A stretch of 64,000 nt of DNA from Longimicrobiales bacterium (GTDB lineage Bacteria; Gemmatimonadota; Gemmatimonadetes; Longimicrobiales; Gaopeijiaceae): NCBI GenBank assembly GCA_965203485.1, contig OZ241892.1:1280001-1344000 (forward strand). Reading direction: 5' to 3'. Below the pieces are notes generated by a model that saw only the letters and a program-made list of their open reading frames with translations, had not been told where the DNA came from and did no database searches. Positions 11,546-20,138 of the stretch are shown in pieces. The number at the start of each line of letters is the position of its first letter. The stretch's first letter is position 1. Both the position numbers and the translations under genes were made by a program.

Positions 11546-12715
11546 ATGGCCGCAACCGACTCGGCGGCTCCCCGCCCGCAACATGCGCTTGACGACGCCG
11601 TTCGCCGCGCCCTCGAGGCCGTGGTCAACCCGGCGACGAACGAGAGCGTCGTGTCCGGCGGCCAAGTCTCGGACGTGACGGTGAGTGCGGACGGCGAGGC
11701 GCGCTTCACGTTTTCGTTGCGGCAGGGCGACCCGGGCCGCTTGGTGCGCGAGGCGCGCGCCGCCGCCGAAGCCGTCGAGGGCGTCGAGCGCGCGAAGGTG
11801 GACGTGGAGTTGCCTCAGAGCTCTCCGGCGCCGGCCGGATCCGCCGCGCCTGCGCGGGCGCGCCCAAAGGCGGGGGGGGGCTTGGCGCCTGGGAGCGTGC
11901 CCGCGCCTGTTCCGCAGCCGGGGATCCTGCCGGGCGTCAAGCGGATCGTGGCTGTGAGTTCCGGGAAGGGCGGCGTCGGCAAGTCGATGGTGGCCACCAA
12001 CTTGGCGGTGGCGGCTGCGCGCCGCGGCCTCGTGGTGGGGTTGCTGGACGCGGACATCTACGGTCCGAACATCCCGGTCATGTTCGGCGAGCGCAGGCGG
12101 CCGTCGGTGACGGGCGCCAAGGGCTCGGAGATGATCGAGCCGCTGGACAAGCACGGCGTGCGGCTGATGAGCTTGGGCTTCCTGCTCAAGCGCGAGCAGC
12201 CCGCCATCATGCGCGGCCCGCTGATCTCGGGCGTCCTCAAGCAGTTCATGGAGCAGGTCTCTTGGGGGCCGCTCGACTTGCTGGTCGTGGACATGCCTCC
12301 CGGCACGGGAGACGCGCAGCTGTCGCTGGTTCAGACCGTGGAGCTCGACGGGGCCGCGATGGTGACCACGCCGCAGAAGGTGGCGACCGGGGACGTGCTG
12401 CGAGGCGTGAAGATGTTCGAGCGCGTCAACACGCGAGTGCTGGGCGTCGTCGAGAACATGTGCGGATTTCGGCTTCCGGGATCGGACGAGGTGGTGGACT
12501 TGTTCGGGCGGGGCGGCGGGGAAGCGCTGGCCCGGGAACTGTCGGTTCCGTTCCTTGGAAGGGTGCCGCTGGACTTGGCCGTGCGGGAGGCGGGCGACAC
12601 TGGGACGCCCACGGTGCTTGCGGCGCCCGAGTCTCCGGCGGGCGTCGCGCTTCGCGAAATCGGCGACCGGCTCCTGGCCGGGCTGGACGCGTTGCCGCCC
12701 AGGGCCGTCGGCTAA
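11546..12715 (+). CDS. apbC: Mrp/NBP35 family Fe-S cluster carrier ATPase
   Basis: VSSGKGGVGKS, LLDADIYGP, VVDMPPGTGDAQL, VTTPQ, GVVENM; GGAG upstream of the ATG. Confidence 0.93.
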   Translation: MAATDSAAPRPQHALDDAVRRALEAVVNPATNESVVSGGQVSDVTVSADGEARFTFSLRQGDPGRLVREARAAAEAVEGVERAKVDVELPQSSPAPAGSAAPARARPKAGGGLAPGSVPAPVPQPGILPGVKRIVAVSSGKGGVGKSMVATNLAVAAARRGLVVGLLDADIYGPNIPVMFGERRRPSVTGAKGSEMIEPLDKHGVRLMSLGFLLKREQPAIMRGPLISGVLKQFMEQVSWGPLDLLVVDMPPGTGDAQLSLVQTVELDGAAMVTTPQKVATGDVLRGVKMFERVNTRVLGVVENMCGFRLPGSDEVVDLFGRGGGEALARELSVPFLGRVPLDLAVREAGDTGTPTVLAAPESPAGVALREIGDRLLAGLDALPPRAVG

Positions 12716-12776
12716 CCGAGCGAAATGGATGCCGCCGAGGCGCGTCGCGACGGCAGCGCCGTCGGATCGAGCGTCC

Positions 12777-13010
12777 TCAGTCGCCCTCGAGCCATTGGCG
12801 GTCCGCCGACGAGAGCGAGCCCCGCCTGATCTTCGCCAGGGCCTTGAGGACCAGCCAGCCGACCAGCATGACCGGAGCGACGTGAGACAGAAGGAAGCCT
12901 GCGATGCCGAGCGTCAAGCCCAAGAGCGAGCCGACGACCTGCAAGACGATCCAGACGGCCACGATGCTGACGATGCCCACGGCCAGAAACGTCAACAAGG
13001 TGCCGATCAT
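12777..13010 (-). CDS. Small membrane protein (77 aa)
   Basis: GGAG RBS, ATG 13010, hydrophobic helices; last gene of the ECF sigma cluster. Confidence 0.75.
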   Translation of the reverse strand: MIGTLLTFLAVGIVSIVAVWIVLQVVGSLLGLTLGIAGFLLSHVAPVMLVGWLVLKALAKIRRGSLSSADRQWLEGD

Positions 13011-13143
13011 GGTTGCTCCCGGAGACTCGAACAAGCCGCCGGGCGGGCCGGCGGAAGCGGCTCCACCAATGTAGCGCCGAGGTCGCAGGCGGCCGTCCTC
13101 GCCGCGGCTCGCGACCGCGCGGCTCGATGCCCGGCGTCGCGCT

Positions 13144-14130
13144 TCAACGAATCCACTCGAGCTCGATGCCGCCGACGCCGGCCCTGATCTCGATGTCCAC
13201 CTTCCGGCCCGCGTCGTTCCAATTCCACGAGTAGTAGGCGTCGCCGCGCTTCTCCATGCGGTCCAGGTCCGAAGACGCCAGCAGGCGCGGTGCGTCCCGG
13301 CGCACCCGCACCGCCAGCGACTCGGGAACGCGCAACGCCAGCAGGCCGACGCCCATCTCCACAAGCAGGTGCGCCTCGGTCTCCCACGGGCCGCGCAGGT
13401 CCAGCGTAACCGAGCCGACGCCCGCCTTCGCCGAAATCCGCTTGGCGTTCATGTTTCCCAAGCCCGAGACGCTGAAGTCGGCGGCGCCCACCTGAAAGTT
13501 GGCCAGCTCCATGACGGCCGGGTTGGGCCGGCCAATGCGCACGGCCGCCTCGGCCGCGCCGGTGCTCAACTCGAGCCGCTCGACGGGGACGCCGGTCAGG
13601 TCCACTTCCGCCTGCCCGGCCCCGAACTGGACGTCCAGCGTCACCGGAACTCTGGTCGGCAACTTCAGGTCGAGTTCGCCTCCGTGGCGTCTCCTGACCG
13701 AGACGCCGTCCCGGCGGGCGGCCCCGACGCGCAACCGTCCGTGCTCGTAGTCCATCTGGGGACGCTCGGCGTCCTCGTCGAAGCGAAGACGCGCCTCGTA
13801 GAGGCCCTGCGCCGGGCCCGGCCGGATCGTCAGCACGCCCGCCGTGTACGCGACTCGCACGCGCAAGCCCTCTTCGTCGGTCACGGCCCGCCAGCTGGAA
13901 ATTGTCTTCCAGTGCTGCCCCTGGGCCGTCGCGGGAGTCGCGAGCGCCGCCGCGGCCAGCAGGAACAAGGGGCTCCTCGACGCGCGCAAGCAAGAATGGC
14001 CGTCCAGCGCCGCGTTTCCGGGCGGCTCGGCCCGAGCGGCCCAGGCGCAGCCGCGGACGGGCGGGCCGGTTTTGCGACGGCGGCCGCGGTTGCCATGCTG
14101 CGACGGGCGGCCGCGGGCCAGCTGGGTCAC
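13144..14130 (-). CDS. Exported beta-repeat protein (toast-rack/LiaG-DUF4097-like)
   Basis: Signal-like LFLLAAAALATPATAQ; repeated units FGAGQAEVDL, TGAAEAAV, VGAADFSV, AGVGSVTLDL, MGVGLLAL, AGVGGIEL. Confidence 0.7.
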   Translation of the reverse strand: MTQLARGRPSQHGNRGRRRKTGPPVRGCAWAARAEPPGNAALDGHSCLRASRSPLFLLAAAALATPATAQGQHWKTISSWRAVTDEEGLRVRVAYTAGVLTIRPGPAQGLYEARLRFDEDAERPQMDYEHGRLRVGAARRDGVSVRRRHGGELDLKLPTRVPVTLDVQFGAGQAEVDLTGVPVERLELSTGAAEAAVRIGRPNPAVMELANFQVGAADFSVSGLGNMNAKRISAKAGVGSVTLDLRGPWETEAHLLVEMGVGLLALRVPESLAVRVRRDAPRLLASSDLDRMEKRGDAYYSWNWNDAGRKVDIEIRAGVGGIELEWIR

Positions 14131-15923
14131 TCGCGGTCCTCTTCGTCTTCGTCGCCCGGCTTGGCGGCCGGCTTCGTCTTCTCGCCGGACTTGCCAGCCT
14201 TGCCGGGCTTGCCCTTGCTCTTCCCGGACTGGTCGGCTTCCTGGGTCGTTGCGGACCCCTCGCTAGGGTCGCCTGCCGCGTTCCCTGCGGTTTCGCCGGC
14301 AGCGGCCGGATCCCCGTCTCCGGCGGGATGCGCTTCCGCCCGCTCGCCGCCGCCGCCGGCGTCCGGGGCGGTCGCGGACGCGTCCGGTCGGCCGGCCCTG
14401 TCGGCGTCGCGGGGGGAAAAGCCCTCGCCGGACCACGCCGCCGCGTCCAGGTCGTCGTGGATTGCGTAGTCCCCGGAGAGTCGTCGGCCGCCGCGGGTGG
14501 TCAGTACCGCGCCCAGGCCCGTGATCGTGGCGGCGAAGAGGGCCATGGTCGAGAGCGCCTCGAACAGGTCTCCCGTCCAGCCGATCAGCGGCAAGGGATC
14601 CAGGGCCTTGCCGACGGCCATCGGGAGGAGCAGGGCGGCTAGGCCGACGAGGCAAGCGTGAACCCGGTCGTTTGGGTTCGCCCAGCTCAGTCGCGCGTGG
14701 CCCCGGTCCAGGACCCAGCGCCCCACGCTGCGGCTCGCGGCGACGAGCCCCACGAAGAACGCGGCGGCCGCTGCCAGCGGAAACAGCGGGATCCAGGCAG
14801 GCAGGCCGAGAATGCCGATGATCGTGACGGCCAAGGCGACTATGCCGAGGACATAGACGGGAATCGCCAGGAAGGCGCCCGCGAGACCCACGGCGGCGCT
14901 CCTCGCCGGGTAGCGCTCGACCTCCTTGGCGACCATGTCGCCCCGGTCGCCCGCGACGATCGCAGCGACGGCGCCGAGCACGCCCAGGACCACGAACAGG
15001 ACCACGGTCGCTACGATGCCCGACAGGGCTTCGCGGACGCGATCGAAGAGCGAGGGGCCGCGGTAGTGGCGCGTGCGCGCGTCTTCTGTTCGCAGCTCGC
15101 GCCGAAGCTGGGCGCGCATGCGGTCCCTCTCCCTCTCTTCATTGCGCCGGCGTTCCCGGACGACGTCCAGCACGTCGCCGACCAGGACTCCGCCCATCCG
15201 CTCGACGCGCGAGTCGACGTGGCGCACGTCGCCGAGCACCCGCCCCCCTTCGTGCACGGCCATTGTCGCGTCCACGAGGACGACGCCGCCCCGCACCGTC
15301 CCGTGCACGTCGAGCCGTCCGTCGGCCACCAGGATGCCTTCCTCCACGACGGCGTCCCCAGGAACCACGTGGTCCTCGCCGGCCACGATGACGAACGACG
15401 CCGGATCAATGTGGCGAACGGCGTCCCAAAACCCCTTGATCCGGGCGCCTTCCGCCAGCTCGGTCGCCCAGTCGCCGTCCCCAAGCCGGCGCGTCGCCTC
15501 GGCAGCGGATTCGGCAACCACCGCGCGAACCAGGGCGCTTTCGAGCGTCTCGTCCACGTCCGCCAGCAGTTCGTGCTCCGTCGGCGAGGCCGTCTGGCCG
15601 GGCTCCCATTCGTGAAGCCGCCGGGCCAGCGGGCCGTTCGTCAGGGGCAGCACGTCCGCCAGCAGCTCCCGCCAAGCCCGCTCGGCCTCGCCGTCCGCCT
15701 CGAAGCGTCCGAGGATCTCGTCGCCAACGCGCGCGACCCCGTCGGCGAACGACAACGAGAGATGGTCGCCGTCCGAGAACTCGAGGTGCAGGGAAGCCTC
15801 GTCGCCCGAGACGACCACGGTGTTCGATACGACGATCCGTTCCTGGGCGGCGGCTGGGCCGCTCGCGAAGAGGGAGGCGCAGGCCAGGGCCGCCAGCGCG
15901 CCCAGTGCGTCAAGCCGATGCAT
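14127..15923 (-). CDS. Membrane protein with periplasmic bactofilin-like beta-helix and multi-TM C-terminus
   Basis: Signal peptide; VADGRLDVHGTVRGGVVLVD...GRVLGDV beta-helix-like repeats; about 5-6 hydrophobic helices at the C-terminus. Confidence 0.7.
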   Translation of the reverse strand: MHRLDALGALAALACASLFASGPAAAQERIVVSNTVVVSGDEASLHLEFSDGDHLSLSFADGVARVGDEILGRFEADGEAERAWRELLADVLPLTNGPLARRLHEWEPGQTASPTEHELLADVDETLESALVRAVVAESAAEATRRLGDGDWATELAEGARIKGFWDAVRHIDPASFVIVAGEDHVVPGDAVVEEGILVADGRLDVHGTVRGGVVLVDATMAVHEGGRVLGDVRHVDSRVERMGGVLVGDVLDVVRERRRNEERERDRMRAQLRRELRTEDARTRHYRGPSLFDRVREALSGIVATVVLFVVLGVLGAVAAIVAGDRGDMVAKEVERYPARSAAVGLAGAFLAIPVYVLGIVALAVTIIGILGLPAWIPLFPLAAAAAFFVGLVAASRSVGRWVLDRGHARLSWANPNDRVHACLVGLAALLLPMAVGKALDPLPLIGWTGDLFEALSTMALFAATITGLGAVLTTRGGRRLSGDYAIHDDLDAAAWSGEGFSPRDADRAGRPDASATAPDAGGGGERAEAHPAGDGDPAAAGETAGNAAGDPSEGSATTQEADQSGKSKGKPGKAGKSGEKTKPAAKPGDEDEEDRE

Positions 15924-16812
15924 ACTTGCCTTCCGTTCCGTTAGCGGTCACCACGTTCTTGTAGAGAACCCATGCGGAGAGCAGACTCAGCGCAGCCGCC
16001 GCGACCAGGCCGGCGCCGACGACGGGCGCCCATCCGCCCAATCCTTCCAAGGAGCCGGAGGCGCTGCGCGCGAGCGCGCTTGCGGTCACGCTCTCGGCGA
16101 CGCCGGACACGGCAGCGGACGCCTTGTTCCACGCGAACGTGGACACGTTGGACAGTGTCGCCATCGGTCGGCTGAACACCATGTAGGCCGTTGCCGCAAC
16201 GACGGCCACCGGGCCCGCGGCCAAGCCCGACGCGAACGCCAAGCGCCGTTCCGCGCGCGGCCAGCACGCCCGGCGCAACCAAGCCAAAGCCAAGACGCTC
16301 TCTCGCGACGGCGCCGGAGCGGCCGCGCGGGCGCGCGACGCCACTCGTTCGGCGAAGCCCTCGCTGGGCCGAAAGCCAGGGAGCCCCGCGAGGCGCTCCT
16401 GGAGACGCCGTGCCGCGGCCAGCGCCGCCGCGATCTCGGAGTCGCGTCCGGCCAAATCCGCCAGAATTCGGGCTTGGCGGCGCGAGAGCGCGCCTTCCGC
16501 GAAGGCCCCGAACGGATCCCGCACCAGCGAATCGGACCGGCTCGGCCGGACGCTCCACTTGGCTCGTGCCCCGGATTGCACGTGCCAGCCGGCGACGACT
16601 CGCGACGCGAAACCGGCTCGGGGCCGCGGCCGCCGGAGCGCGCGGAGTCCGGCGAACACCGACCGCAAAGCGGCCGTTTCCGCAGCCAGCCGACGGTCGC
16701 GAGCCGCTTCGGCCTCGAACTCGCCGGCCGCGGCGCCGTCCAACTCGCCGTCGAGATACGAGAGAAGGCGTTCGACTTCAGCGGGCTTCATGCGTCTTCC
16801 TGACTTGCTCAT
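15910..16812 (-). CDS. Anti-sigma factor (two tandem anti-sigma-like domains plus TM helices)
   Basis: LLSYLDGEL...GFASRV and FGAFAEGAL...GFAERV units, two TM segments, directly downstream of the ECF sigma gene. Confidence 0.8.
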   Translation of the reverse strand: MSKSGRRMKPAEVERLLSYLDGELDGAAAGEFEAEAARDRRLAAETAALRSVFAGLRALRRPRPRAGFASRVVAGWHVQSGARAKWSVRPSRSDSLVRDPFGAFAEGALSRRQARILADLAGRDSEIAAALAAARRLQERLAGLPGFRPSEGFAERVASRARAAAPAPSRESVLALAWLRRACWPRAERRLAFASGLAAGPVAVVAATAYMVFSRPMATLSNVSTFAWNKASAAVSGVAESVTASALARSASGSLEGLGGWAPVVGAGLVAAAALSLLSAWVLYKNVVTANGTEGKYASA

Positions 16813-16847
16813 GCGAATCTCCGCGTCGCGGGGCTTCGTGTTGGCAT

Positions 16848-16874
16848 TACGACGGCTTCCGCAAGCCGGTTTCA
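16848..16874 (-). promoter_or_regulatory. Putative SigW-type ECF promoter
   Basis: Minus strand TGAAAC-N17-CGTA, 36 nt upstream of the anti-sigma ATG. Confidence 0.6.
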
Positions 16875-17002
16875 CGTCTTCGCCGCCTTCCGCAGGGGCG
16901 TGGCGCAGGCTCTTCTCGCACTGCCCGCCACCCATGCTGCGGTCTCGCGTCTCCGCCTTCCGTCCGGCGGCGGCCCCACGAGCGACCTCCCCTCGCGGGC
17001 CG

Positions 17003-17599
17003 TCACTTGGACGGGTCCAGGTGCGCGAGGAGCACCCGCAGCTCGAGCCGGGCCCTGTGGATGTAGGTCTTTACCGTGCCCAAGGGCAAGTCCATGATCC
17101 CAGCGATCTCCTCGTAGGAGAACCCCTCCACGTGACGGAGGATCGTAGCGGTCCGGTACTGCGGCCGGAGCTTGGCGATCGCCGCCTCGATCTGCTCGCC
17201 CAACTCGCGATTCGCCGCGTACTCCTCGGGGCTCTCGGCGTCCGACGCGAACTCCTGGCGCGTCTGGGCCTGCTCTTCCTCGGTGACCGCGTTCGGCGCA
17301 CCGTCGATCGACACCGTCTCGATCCGCCGCTTGCGCAGGTGGTCGATGGCGAGGTTGTTGGCGATCTTGAAGAGCCAGCTCGACAGCTTGTAGCGCGGAT
17401 TGTAGGTGTGGATCGCGTTGAACGCCCGGATGAACGTCTCCTGCGCCAGGTCCTCGGCGAGTTCCCGGTCCCTGACCATTCGGTAGTGGAGCGAGAAGAT
17501 TGGACGCTCGTAGCGCTCGACGATCTCGCGGTAGGCGCGTTCGTCTCCTTCGACGGCGCGGGCGGCCAGCGCTTGGTCGGTGGGTTCCTTCGAATCCAC
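17003..17599 (-). CDS. ECF RNA polymerase sigma-70 factor (RpoE/SigW-like)
   Basis: AEDLAQETFIRAF, SWLFKIANNLAIDHLRKR, SYEEIAGIMDLPLGTVKTYIHRAR. Confidence 0.95.
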   Translation of the reverse strand: MDSKEPTDQALAARAVEGDERAYREIVERYERPIFSLHYRMVRDRELAEDLAQETFIRAFNAIHTYNPRYKLSSWLFKIANNLAIDHLRKRRIETVSIDGAPNAVTEEEQAQTRQEFASDAESPEEYAANRELGEQIEAAIAKLRPQYRTATILRHVEGFSYEEIAGIMDLPLGTVKTYIHRARLELRVLLAHLDPSK

Positions 17600-17803
17600 A
17601 GGGGGCTTTCGGCGAAGGGGACCACGCGGGCCAAGCGGGCAAGACGTCGGGCCGACCCGGGAAAGATACGCCGGTTTTCCGCGGCGCCGTCCCGCACTCT
17701 CCTTCCAGCGCCCGTTTCCGCGCGGCCGCTCCTGCCCAACGCGGCGCGGGCGTCTCCCCGCTATCTTCTCCGTCTGCCGCGCCGCACTTCCGCGTCCCGG
17801 GCC

Positions 17804-18568
17804 ATGAAGGGAGACTTGCCGGTGGCCGCTGCAACGGGCGCGGAGCCCGCGCCGGGGCCCGAGCGCGCCGAACAGGTGCGCAGGCTCTTCGGCGAGATCG
17901 CGCCCCGCTACGACCTGCTCAACCGCCTGCTGAGCTTGCGGATCGACCAGCGATGGCGCCGCTTGGCGGTTCGCCGTCTGGACTGGCAAGCCGCGCCCGG
18001 CGGCGCCTACCTGGACGCGTGCGCCGGAACGTTCGACTTGGCGTTGGAGCTGGCGCGGCGGCCGGGCTTCTCGGGCTGGGTGGCGGGCGCGGACTTCGCG
18101 GCGCCGATGCTGGTCCAGGGGCGCGGCAAGATCGAGGGACGCCCGGTGCGGCCCGTCGCGGGGGACACCGCGCGCCTTCCGTTCGCGGACGACGCGTTCG
18201 CAGGGGCGACCGTCGGGTTCGGCGTGCGCAACTTGGCCGATCTCGGCGCCGGGCTCCGGGAGCTCTGGCGCGTCTTGAAGCCGGGGGGGCGACTCGTGGC
18301 TCTGGAATTCACGGTGCCGCCGGGCCGCGTGCTGCGATCGCTCTACATGCTCTACTTCAATCGCGTCTTGCCGCGGATCGGGCGGCTCGTCTCGGGGCAC
18401 GAGTGGGCCTATTCGTACCTGCCCGAGTCGGTGAAGGGATTCCCTGGGCCGGACGGGCTGGCCTCGGTCATGAGGGACGCGGGGTTCCGCGCGGTGCGGT
18501 GGGAGTTGCTTACGGGCGGAATCGCGGCGATACACGTGGGGGAGAAGCGCCGGCCTCCAGGACCGTGA
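17804..18568 (+). CDS. ubiE: UbiE/MenG family quinone C-methyltransferase
   Basis: IAPRYDLLNRLLS, LDACAGTFD, GFGVRN, RVLKPGG, AYSYLPESV. Confidence 0.92.
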   Translation: MKGDLPVAAATGAEPAPGPERAEQVRRLFGEIAPRYDLLNRLLSLRIDQRWRRLAVRRLDWQAAPGGAYLDACAGTFDLALELARRPGFSGWVAGADFAAPMLVQGRGKIEGRPVRPVAGDTARLPFADDAFAGATVGFGVRNLADLGAGLRELWRVLKPGGRLVALEFTVPPGRVLRSLYMLYFNRVLPRIGRLVSGHEWAYSYLPESVKGFPGPDGLASVMRDAGFRAVRWELLTGGIAAIHVGEKRRPPGP

Positions 18569-20138
18569 CCGGTCCCAGCTCCGCGGCCGAGCCGTCGAAG
18601 CGCGTCGTGTCGCCCAGAAGGAGGATGGTCATGCGGGAGGGGTGCACGTGGTCGCGGAAGACGCGGTGCGCTTCGCCCGGCGTCACGCGCCCGATCCCCT
18701 GGGCGTAGGTCTCGAGCCAGTCCGCCGGCAGTCCCAGGTTTCGGTGGGCCAAGCTGCGCGCCACGATCTGCGCGGAGGTGCCGAAGTTGAAGGCGAAGCC
18801 GTTGGCCGTCGCGGCGGCGACGCGGGCAACTTCGCTCGCCGCCGGCGCGGCGGCGCGCAACGAGTCGATCACCTCGAGCAGCAGGCGGGCCGCGGCCAGC
18901 GTCGTCTCGGGCTTGGTGCTCGTGACGGCGCCGACCAGCCCGTCGCTGCGGCGGGGCGTCGTCCACAGCGAAGACGCGCTGTAGGCAAGCCCCTCGCGCG
19001 TCCGCACTGCTTGGCTGATGCGGCTCGACAGTCCGGACGCGCCCAGAATCGCGTTTGCCACCCGCGACGCGAAGTACGTCCGGGACGCGTCGCGCCGCAC
19101 CGGCGTGGCGTGGGCGGCGATCACGACGCTCTGCGCCGTCTCCTTGTGCAGCACGAAGACGCCCGGGCTCGACCGGATGCTCGCCTTCGGCTCTTCGTCG
19201 AGCAAGCCGTCCGAACAGGCGGGCCAGCCTTCGAGCATCTCGCCGATCATCCGCTCCGCGCGTTCCCAGGCGACGTCGCCTACGACTCCCAGAGCCATGT
19301 TGCCCGGACACACGACGGCCCGGTGCACGAACCGCAGCCGCTCTGGAGCCAAGTCCGCCGGCTCGAGGTCGGACGGCTCGATCGACCAGCCCACCGGGTG
19401 GTCTCCGTACATGATCGCGTTGAAGCGGCGGAAGGCGAGCGAGGCGGGGTCGTCGGCCTGCCTGCGCACCCTCTCGATCTCCGCGCCGCGCCATGTCTCC
19501 ACCTCGGCGGCGTCGAAGCGCGGCGTCCGCAGCATCGAGCCCCACAGCGCAACGGCGTCCTCGACGTGCTCGGCCAGCGCGTTCACCCACGACGAGGCGC
19601 CCCCGCCGCCCTGTCCGAAGCTCATCGAGAGCGCCATGGTCTCGATGCGTTCGTCCACCTCGCCGGGCGTCAACGCCGCCGTGCCGCCGGTTCGAAGCAG
19701 GGCGGGGAGCGCCGACGCCGCTCCGTAGTACCGCCGGGGCAGGCGTCCGGCGCCGCCGCGAAACGTTGCGTAGATCGTCACGAGCGGCAGGTCGCGGTCC
19801 TCGAGGAAGTAGACCGGCACTCCCGAGACGGCGTCGGCGCTGACGCGCGGCGGGGAAAACTCGAGTGCCGGGAACTGCAGGGTCTCGATCCGGGCACGGA
19901 CGGACTGTTGCGAGGCGGCGGCCGGGAAACCCCGGACGAGTCCGGCGCCGACGCCGAGAGCCGTCGCGGCCACGGCCCAGCGCGTGCCCCGGCCGAACGG
20001 GCGGGAAGCCGTCCCTAGCGACGGCGCGGCGCGGCCCGGCCGGGAGGCCGCGCCGCGGATGCTTGTCGCGGTTGCGGCCGGCCTAGGCGCGCGAATGCGC
20101 GTTGCGCATCGCCGCCAGGCGGCGCGCCAGGTCTTCAT
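18510..20138 (-). CDS. M16 peptidase family, non-catalytic subunit
   Basis: EDRDLPLV, MYGDHP, SSRISQAVRTREGLAYS; no HXXEH. ATGA-coupled to the upstream M16 gene. Confidence 0.88.
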   Translation of the reverse strand: MKTWRAAWRRCATRIRAPRPAATATSIRGAASRPGRAAPSLGTASRPFGRGTRWAVAATALGVGAGLVRGFPAAASQQSVRARIETLQFPALEFSPPRVSADAVSGVPVYFLEDRDLPLVTIYATFRGGAGRLPRRYYGAASALPALLRTGGTAALTPGEVDERIETMALSMSFGQGGGGASSWVNALAEHVEDAVALWGSMLRTPRFDAAEVETWRGAEIERVRRQADDPASLAFRRFNAIMYGDHPVGWSIEPSDLEPADLAPERLRFVHRAVVCPGNMALGVVGDVAWERAERMIGEMLEGWPACSDGLLDEEPKASIRSSPGVFVLHKETAQSVVIAAHATPVRRDASRTYFASRVANAILGASGLSSRISQAVRTREGLAYSASSLWTTPRRSDGLVGAVTSTKPETTLAAARLLLEVIDSLRAAAPAASEVARVAAATANGFAFNFGTSAQIVARSLAHRNLGLPADWLETYAQGIGRVTPGEAHRVFRDHVHPSRMTILLLGDTTRFDGSAAELGPVTVLEAGASPPRVSPRFRP

